A DNA stretch of 64,000 nucleotides from Parcubacteria group bacterium LiPW_41 (GTDB lineage: Bacteria; Patescibacteriota; Minisyncoccia; UBA6257; GWB1-50-10). The notes below the pieces were generated by a model. It was given only the letters and a program-made list of their open reading frames with translations, had not been told where the DNA came from and did not search any database. The stretch covers positions 32,811 through 96,810 of the forward strand of contig VMEM01000003.1 of assembly GCA_007375535.1 (NCBI GenBank). The letters are read 5' to 3'. The position numbers were made by a program, and so were the translations under genes. Positions 58,055 through 64,000 of this stretch are shown here, piece after piece (position 1 is the stretch's first letter; each line of letters begins with the position of its first letter).

Positions 58055-58843
58055 ATGAAAGAGCAGGTATTTATAAAAACAGACAAATCAGGAGTAAGAA
58101 GAAAGTACTATTATGGTGCTCTGATTATTGTTGGAATTATAATTATTGCTATCGGAGCGAGTACTTATTTTTATTATTGGAGTCCGACATTACAGGTTGG
58201 TGAATTTTCTGTTGTTGGTACTAATTCAAAAGAGGAAGCGAAGGTTGCAATTGTTAATTATTTCAATTCATCGCGGTCATTTTTTTCACCAGCCACCGAT
58301 AGAATTGTTTTTTGGACGCAACACAATGAAGAACTTATTCAGTCTCCTTCATTTCTTCCTTATGCCTCATCAATTAAGCTCGTGAGCAATTTTTCAGAGA
58401 AAAAAGTAACTGCAGAGATTACTCCTCGGGTGATGAGTGGGGTGTGGTGTATAACAGAAAAGTGTTATGTGTTTGATGACAATGGGATTCTTTTTTCTGA
58501 GTCACCAAATGTTTCTGGTTCAATTATTTTAAAAATAAGAGATGAAAATAATAATCCTGTATCTTTGGGAAATGCAGTATTAAGTCAGGATGAATTTAAT
58601 TCTATAAAAAAGGCGATACAGAGCGTACAAAGAAATAAAATTCCTATATCAGAGGTACTTATACAAAATGTTGAATTAAAAGAATGGGCAACGGTTGCTC
58701 CAAATGGATTTTCAATAAAATTTAGTTTTAATTCAATTCCTGAAGATCTTGATTCGGTGTTTCAAGGAATTCTTGAAAGGACAAGTATTGAGAAGCTTTC
58801 GTATATTGATTTGCGTGTTCCAAACAGAGTTTATTTTAAATAG
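58055..58843 (+). CDS. FtsQ/DivIB-like cell division protein
   Basis: Basic N-terminus, TM helix, WC....CY..D..G..F, C-terminal YIDLR.PNRVYFK. Confidence 0.75.
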   Translation: MKEQVFIKTDKSGVRRKYYYGALIIVGIIIIAIGASTYFYYWSPTLQVGEFSVVGTNSKEEAKVAIVNYFNSSRSFFSPATDRIVFWTQHNEELIQSPSFLPYASSIKLVSNFSEKKVTAEITPRVMSGVWCITEKCYVFDDNGILFSESPNVSGSIILKIRDENNNPVSLGNAVLSQDEFNSIKKAIQSVQRNKIPISEVLIQNVELKEWATVAPNGFSIKFSFNSIPEDLDSVFQGILERTSIEKLSYIDLRVPNRVYFK

Positions 58844-58889
58844 AGTTTAGTTGTTTGTGGTGATGTTATACTAAATATAGAGAAACGTG

Positions 58890-59077
58890 TCCCGTTAGAG
58901 ACGGTTTGTGAATGCATAACAAGTATTCTCACTATTATCTTTACCTGACACATAAGGAATAACAACAACGGAAATGGTTATTTATAACACTTACAATTAT
59001 ATCAATACACTGGTCGCACATACTACAGAAAATGGCTGTGACTCTACTCACATAACCATTTCCTGTCTCTAACGGGA
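58890..59077. repeat. CCCGTTAG-family inverted-repeat element, copy 3 (ends on the pilin ATG)
   Basis: TCCCGTTAGAGAC (58890-902) ... GTCTCTAACGGGA (59065-77); inner 12-bp IR 58970-81 / 59052-63. Confidence 0.9.
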
Positions 59078-59889
59078 TGAAGAATCTATTAAAAGATAAT
59101 AATTCTGGATTTACCCTTATTGAGCTTCTTATTTATGCAGCAATTTTCTCAGTAAGTGCTGTTTTTTTGGTGAACATTCTAACTTCAATCACACAGACAC
59201 AAATTAAGCAGACTTCTGCAAATGAAGTTGGTCAGCAGGTTTCTTTTGTCAGTAATACAATTCAGCGATTAGTTCGAGAGGGAAGTGTTATTGAAAACGA
59301 TTCTGGAGTTGCAAGTTCAACGATCAAAATCAGAACAACGGCGTCTTCAACTGATCCAACACTTATTTATTGGGATCAAACGAATAACACTATTCAATTA
59401 AGACAAGGATCAAGTTCGCCAATACAACTTACCAATGAGAAGGTTGTGGTAAGTGCATTTTCTGCGACAAAATACGAAAATCCTGGAGGAAATGCAGTTG
59501 TACAAGTGGATTTTGCGCTTGCGGTTAACACAACGGTGGAGAGAGCTAAGGTTACGAAATTTTGGAGGGGTGCAATAACAAGAATTTCTGCCGCAACATT
59601 TGATTCTGATTTACTTCCAAATACTTCAAACGCATTAAATCTTGGTGGCGCAGGATCAACATGGAAAGATGGTTTTTTTAATGGCGCAGTGAATATAATT
59701 GGAAAGCTAGGAGTAAGTACACAGCCATCTGATATCTCTGGTATGGCTTCGGGGATAAAAGTAAATGGAGATGTCTCATTTATGGCTTCAGCAAACGGAG
59801 TAATATTAAAAGCGCCAAATGGAACTTGTTATAGGGTTACTGTGATAAATGGGGGAACGCTTGCCACGGCAACTGCGACGTGCCCGTAG
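59077..59889 (+). CDS. Type IV pilin-like protein with a C-terminal extension
   Basis: Class III signal SGFTLIELLIY followed by a hydrophobic helix. Confidence 0.88.
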   Translation: MKNLLKDNNSGFTLIELLIYAAIFSVSAVFLVNILTSITQTQIKQTSANEVGQQVSFVSNTIQRLVREGSVIENDSGVASSTIKIRTTASSTDPTLIYWDQTNNTIQLRQGSSSPIQLTNEKVVVSAFSATKYENPGGNAVVQVDFALAVNTTVERAKVTKFWRGAITRISAATFDSDLLPNTSNALNLGGAGSTWKDGFFNGAVNIIGKLGVSTQPSDISGMASGIKVNGDVSFMASANGVILKAPNGTCYRVTVINGGTLATATATCP

Positions 59890-59892
59890 AAA

Positions 59893-59943
59893 ACTCAAAT
59901 CTCAAAGCGCAAACATCAAAAGTGAAACGCAAAGGTCAAAAGT
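59893..59943 (+). repeat. Heptamer array, left arm flanking the four-helix-bundle gene
   Basis: ACTCAAA TCTCAAA GCGCAAA CATCAAA AGTGAAA CGCAAAG GTCAAAA. Confidence 0.8.
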
Positions 59944-60297
59944 ATGGATACCTCAACCAATTTAAAACAAAGGTGTTATAGGTTCGGACTTTTAATAATT
60001 CAGTTGTGCGACACGCTACCACAGAAGAGAAGCGCATGGATAATTAGTGACCAATGTATCCGTTCAGCCACAAGTATTGGCGCCAATCTTATAGAAGCAC
60101 GCGCTTCAAGCTCTCGCTTAGAATTCAAGAAGTTCTTCGAAGTCGCCCTTAAGAGCGCAAATGAAACAGTCTATTGGTTATCCCTGTTAAAAGATTCTGG
60201 ATTAGCGAGTAACGAAAAGATTTCTCCACTTATCCAAGAGTGTGAAGAACTTGCAAAGATGTTAGGAAAGAGTGTACTAACACTTAAGAAGAAATAA
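59944..60297 (+). CDS. Four helix bundle protein (TIGR02436 / 23S rRNA IVS protein-like)
   Basis: F...II, DQ..RSATSIGAN..EA....S...F..F...ALKSANET.YWL.LL. Confidence 0.92.
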   Translation: MDTSTNLKQRCYRFGLLIIQLCDTLPQKRSAWIISDQCIRSATSIGANLIEARASSSRLEFKKFFEVALKSANETVYWLSLLKDSGLASNEKISPLIQECEELAKMLGKSVLTLKKK

Positions 60298-60303
60298 CTA
60301 ATT

Positions 60304-60348
60304 ACTTTTATGTTTCATTTTTGCACTTTGAGTTTTGAACTTTGAGCT
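60304..60348 (-). repeat. Heptamer array, right (inverted) arm flanking the four-helix-bundle gene
   Basis: Reverse complement: A GCTCAAA GTTCAAA ACTCAAA GTGCAAA AATGAAA CATAAAA GT. Confidence 0.8.
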
Positions 60349-60351
60349 AAA

Positions 60352-60386
60352 TTGGCACTTGACACTGTCGAGTGCTAATTTATAAT
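60352..60386 (+). promoter_or_regulatory. CIRCE operator overlapping the hrcA promoter
   Basis: TTGGCACTT-N9-GAGTGCTAA (consensus TTAGCACTC-N9-GAGTGCTAA); TTGACA 60359-64, TATAAT 60381-86. Confidence 0.9.
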
Positions 60387-60393
60387 GAGCGGG

Positions 60394-61071
60394 ATGAGGG
60401 AAAGGACTCAATCAATTTTAGAGGCATCAGTAAGAGAATTTATTAAAACGGGGAAGCCAATTACCTCGGAAATTTTGTATGAAATTTATGATTTTGGGAT
60501 AAAACCTGCAATGATTCGTCTAGAGCTTGGTGACCTATCCCATGAGGGTTTTTTGTACCAAATTCACCCTTCTGGGGGGCGATATCCAACTGACAAGGCA
60601 TATAGACACTTTGTAGACAGTGTCATTGAAAAGAAGGCAAAGACAGAGCCTAAATGGATTGATGAGGACAAGATTGATGAAGATTTAAAAGGTTTTATGG
60701 ATGATATTTCTCACCATCTTGGAGTGTTGTCGGTAGGGTTTGATGTTCATAAAAATACTGTTGTTGATTCTGGTCTTTGTGAGCTTCTTGAAAGAATTCC
60801 AATAAGTGCAAAAGAGGAATTACTTTCGATCGTAAGTGATTTCGAGGCGATTGAAGAACGGTTACAAAAACAAAAGGAATGGATTATAAACGAAGTGGTT
60901 TGTCCAAAAGTTTTTATTGGCGAGAGTCCAATAACAAAGAGTAAGGAACTTTCAGTAGTTGCGGGGAGAATAAACAATAGTGAGAATGATGTGATTATTT
61001 TTTCAATTGGACCCAAACGTATGGATTATGAAAGGGCGATAGGGATTATGAAACTATTATCAGATGATTAA
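60394..61071 (+). CDS. hrcA: Heat-inducible transcription repressor HrcA (reduced)
   Basis: IL...VREFI.TG.P..S, PA.IR.E...L...G.L.Q.H.SGGR.PTDKAYR.FVD, GPKRMDY; ATG 60385 overlaps the -10, so 60394 is preferred. Confidence 0.92.
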   Translation: MRERTQSILEASVREFIKTGKPITSEILYEIYDFGIKPAMIRLELGDLSHEGFLYQIHPSGGRYPTDKAYRHFVDSVIEKKAKTEPKWIDEDKIDEDLKGFMDDISHHLGVLSVGFDVHKNTVVDSGLCELLERIPISAKEELLSIVSDFEAIEERLQKQKEWIINEVVCPKVFIGESPITKSKELSVVAGRINNSENDVIIFSIGPKRMDYERAIGIMKLLSDD

Positions 61072-61076
61072 ATAAT

Positions 61077-61559
61077 ATGGAAGAAGAAAAAAAAGAAATC
61101 ACGGAAAAAGAATTAGATATTGAGACAATTCAAAAAGAACGAAACGAATATCTTGAAGGATGGAAGCGAGCAAAGGCAGACTTTATAAATTATAAGAATG
61201 AAGAAACTGAACGAACAAAACGATTTAGTGCAATAACAAAAGAAATGATTGTTGCTGATATACTTCCTGTTCTTGATAGTTTCGAGTTGGGGATTATGTC
61301 ATCAAAGGATGAACAATCAAAGAAAGGAATGGAATTAATTCGGATGCAGTTAGAAGAAGTGTTGAGACGAAATGGATTAGAAAAAATTAACGCGAGTCCG
61401 GGAGATCAGTTCAATCCTTTATATCATGAAGCAATTGGAGAAAAGGAATCAGAATATGCAGAGGGGACAATTGCAGAAGAAGTCGGAATTGGGTATACAC
61501 TTGATGGACGCATAGTGCGACCAACAAGAGTAAAAATATCAAAAGAGTCAAAAAAATAA
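61077..61559 (+). CDS. grpE: Nucleotide exchange factor GrpE
   Basis: R..ADF.NYK, LPVLD, F.P..HEA, GY.L..R..RP..V. Confidence 0.95.
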   Translation: MEEEKKEITEKELDIETIQKERNEYLEGWKRAKADFINYKNEETERTKRFSAITKEMIVADILPVLDSFELGIMSSKDEQSKKGMELIRMQLEEVLRRNGLEKINASPGDQFNPLYHEAIGEKESEYAEGTIAEEVGIGYTLDGRIVRPTRVKISKESKK

Positions 61560-61582
61560 ATAATAACTAAATAAAAAAATAT

Positions 61583-63481
61583 ATGTCAAAAATTTTAGGA
61601 ATAGATCTTGGTACAACAAACTCGGCGATGGCAATTATGGAGGGTGGAGAACCAAAGGTGCTTGAGAACCATGAAGGAAATCGTACCACTCCTTCGATCA
61701 TTGCACTTTCAAAAGCAAATGAACGTCTTGCGGGATTACTTGCAAAGCGTCAGGGTGTTGTAAATCCAAAAAATACTATTAACTCAGTAAAGCGTCTTAT
61801 TGGAAGGAAGTGGACTGATGCGGAAGTACAACGTGACAAGCAGTGGCTTTCCTATGACATCCGTGAATCAGCTCATGGTGGTGTTGAAGTAAAACTTGGA
61901 GATAGGTGGCACACTCCAGAAGAAATCTCTGCAATGGTGTTGCAAAAACTTAAGGCGGATGCAGAGGCAAAAACAGGGGAAACAATTAGTGAAGCAATTA
62001 TTACTGTTCCTGCGTATTTTGATGACACACAGAGACAAGCAACAAAAAATGCGGGAGAAATTGCTGGATTTAATGTTCGTAGAATTATTAATGAGCCAAC
62101 CGCTGCAGCGTTTGCGTATGGGGTGAATAAAATGAAGAACGAGAAAATAGCTGTGTATGATTTTGGTGGGGGAACATTTGATATTTCAGTTCTTGAAATT
62201 GGATTTGATCCGGAAACAAAAGAACAGACGGTTGAGGTAAAAGCGACGGGAGGTGATACTCATCTTGGAGGTGATGATTTTGATAAAAAAATTATTGAGC
62301 ATTTAGTATCTGAATATAAGAAAGCAGAGGGAGTTGATATTTCAAATGACCCACTTGCGATTCAGCGTTTAAAGGAAGCGGCAGAGCGTGCAAAACACGA
62401 GCTTTCAACTGCAATGGAAACCGAGATAAATCTTCCATATATTACTTCTGATGCATCGGGTCCAAAGCATTTTATGATGAAGCTTACCCGTGCAAAATTA
62501 GAAGATTTGGTACGCGAATATATTGATCGTTCAATTGCGCTAGTAAAAGAAGCAGTAACTGCACCAGCACCAAAAGGAGCAGGATTGAAACTTTCTGATA
62601 TTGGAGAAGTAGTATTGGTTGGAGGGCAAACACGAATGCCAGCAATTGAAGAGGCGGTGAAGAATTTATTTGGAAAAGAACCACACAAAGGAATCAATCC
62701 CGATGAGGTTGTCTCAATTGGGGCAGCAGTTCAAGCGGGTATCCTTCAAGGAGATGTAAAAGATATTCTCTTGCTTGATGTAACTCCACTTACACTTTCA
62801 ATTGAAACACTGGGAAGTGTTGCAACTCCAATGATTCCAAAGAATACGACTATTCCAACAACAAAATCTCAGGTGTTCTCAACTGCAGCAGACAATCAGA
62901 CGTCGGTTGAAATTCATATCGGTCAAGGAGAACGTCCAATGATGGCAGACAACAAAACACTTGCGCGGTTCATTCTTGATGGTATTCCACCATCACCACG
63001 TGGAGTTCCTCAGGTTGAGGTTACATTTGATATTGATGCAAATGGGATTTTGAATGTTTCAGCAAAGGATAAGGCAAGTGGAAAAACACAATCAGTTCGT
63101 ATTGAGGCATCAACTGCGCTTTCAAAAGAAGAAATTGAACGTTTGAAGCAGGAAGCAATGGCACATGCTGCAGAAGATGAAAAGAAGCGTGGGGTTATTG
63201 AGGCAAAAAATCATGCTGAGACTCTCATTTATACTGCAGAAAAAGCAATGAAAGATGCGGGAGAGAAAGTCCCACAAGAATTGAAAGATTCAATAAATAC
63301 AAAAATTACAAATCTTAATGCAGTTAAAACTGGAGAAGATAAAGAGGCAATTGAAGTAAAGACACAGGAACTTTCAGAAGAGCTACAAAAGATTGGAGAA
63401 ATCATGTATAAAGAGAATAAGGCTGGAGATACTCCAACTGATCAAACAAATCATGATCAACCAAGCACCGGAAATAATTAG
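61583..63481 (+). CDS. dnaK: Chaperone DnaK
   Basis: [41 protein letters not shown]. Confidence 0.98.
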   Translation: MSKILGIDLGTTNSAMAIMEGGEPKVLENHEGNRTTPSIIALSKANERLAGLLAKRQGVVNPKNTINSVKRLIGRKWTDAEVQRDKQWLSYDIRESAHGGVEVKLGDRWHTPEEISAMVLQKLKADAEAKTGETISEAIITVPAYFDDTQRQATKNAGEIAGFNVRRIINEPTAAAFAYGVNKMKNEKIAVYDFGGGTFDISVLEIGFDPETKEQTVEVKATGGDTHLGGDDFDKKIIEHLVSEYKKAEGVDISNDPLAIQRLKEAAERAKHELSTAMETEINLPYITSDASGPKHFMMKLTRAKLEDLVREYIDRSIALVKEAVTAPAPKGAGLKLSDIGEVVLVGGQTRMPAIEEAVKNLFGKEPHKGINPDEVVSIGAAVQAGILQGDVKDILLLDVTPLTLSIETLGSVATPMIPKNTTIPTTKSQVFSTAADNQTSVEIHIGQGERPMMADNKTLARFILDGIPPSPRGVPQVEVTFDIDANGILNVSAKDKASGKTQSVRIEASTALSKEEIERLKQEAMAHAAEDEKKRGVIEAKNHAETLIYTAEKAMKDAGEKVPQELKDSINTKITNLNAVKTGEDKEAIEVKTQELSEELQKIGEIMYKENKAGDTPTDQTNHDQPSTGNN

Positions 63482-64000
63482 TCAGTCAAAAATCGAAGAA
63501 ACTGATTATAACGCACTGAAGATAACACTACTTGGTGTTATTGGGGTCGCCGCAAGCATCTTCACTGTGTATGAGTTTGACCAGTTTCTTCTTACATTCC
63601 AATACGCATTTCTTTGGTTTGCACTATCAGGAATGTTGGCGTTTCTTGTTATAAATATTTTGCTTGCATTTTTTGTAAAGCACTTTACCATCACATTCGG
63701 AATTATTCTTGTAGAAACTTTCGCCCCTATTGTTTTCTTTATCTCAAAATTTTCTAAACCAAATATTGAGATTTTACTTATTGGGTTTTTCCTTTTCTTC
63801 CTCTTTACTATTCTTGGAGTGGGAAGGGGGGTGAGTAGGTTTCGAAATAGTATAAAGATGCGTTTTTTTGAAATTGCGAAAACAATTACACCAAAACTAG
63901 TTACGGGAGTTTTGATTCTTGCGAGTGTATTGTTTTACGGAGAATATTTTCTTTGGGGTTCAATAAATGAGACAATGACACGAACAATCTTTAATGAAAC
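63453..64000 (+). CDS. Polytopic membrane protein, 3'-partial (absent from the ORF track)
   Basis: Hand translation from ATG 63453: [35 protein letters not shown]..., open to the window end, several hydrophobic helices. Confidence 0.7.
   Translation, partial: MINQAPEIISQSKIEETDYNALKITLLGVIGVAASIFTVYEFDQFLLTFQYAFLWFALSGMLAFLVINILLAFFVKHFTITFGIILVETFAPIVFFISKFSKPNIEILLIGFFLFFLFTILGVGRGVSRFRNSIKMRFFEIAKTITPKLVTGVLILASVLFYGEYFLWGSINETMTRTIFNE

Noticed and set aside
58955-58970. AATAACAACAAC run as a possible DGR template repeat
   Set aside because: Does not align with the putative variable region at 57061-57171
59944-60297. Four-helix-bundle gene as the Avd of a local DGR
   Set aside because: Sequence fits the TIGR02436/IVS-type motif, and there is no adjacent RT or template repeat
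1-64000. CRISPR array, tRNA or rRNA genes, and stop-codon reassignment
   Set aside because: No regularly spaced repeats, cloverleafs or rRNA signatures seen; genes are intact in the standard code and TGA is used as a stop (e.g. 6449, 32720, 48489)

Overview
The window is an AT-rich chromosome segment encoded almost entirely on the + strand. Gene content and style point, by inference, to a Candidate Phyla Radiation/Patescibacteria (Parcubacteria-like) bacterium: short RplM, RpoA without a C-terminal domain, reduced HrcA, DUF5671/Gmad2/GerMN/baseplate-J-like genes, and many apparently leaderless genes. Core genes: ppsA, uvrB/uvrA/uvrC, tdk, nfo, tgt-queA, secDF, the infA-rpmJ-rpsM-rpsK-rpsD-rpoA-rplQ-rplM-rpsI operon, two mreB copies, mreCD-mrdA, holB, frr, rseP, proS, lysS, serS, greA and hrcA-grpE-dnaK with a CIRCE operator. 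No rRNA, tRNA, CRISPR array, transposase, integrase or reverse transcriptase was recognised. The most interesting signals are: (1) three dispersed CCCGTTAG...CTAACGGG inverted-repeat elements with unrelated interiors, each ending exactly on a start codon and showing a compensatory base change; (2) a stand-alone gene with an adenine-depleted, DGR-variable-region-like 3' end; (3) two promoter-driven, ORF-less, hairpin-rich intergenic regions (candidate ncRNAs); (4) a four-helix-bundle gene enclosed by inverted heptamer arrays, with related 7-nt arrays elsewhere, including inside uvrC; (5) a 169-bp nested-palindrome MITE-like element; (6) an island between uvrB and uvrA encoding a T9SS-sorting-domain protein and a beta-barrel-like protein in a lineage expected to lack an outer membrane. 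Family assignments come from motif recognition by eye, not database searches.
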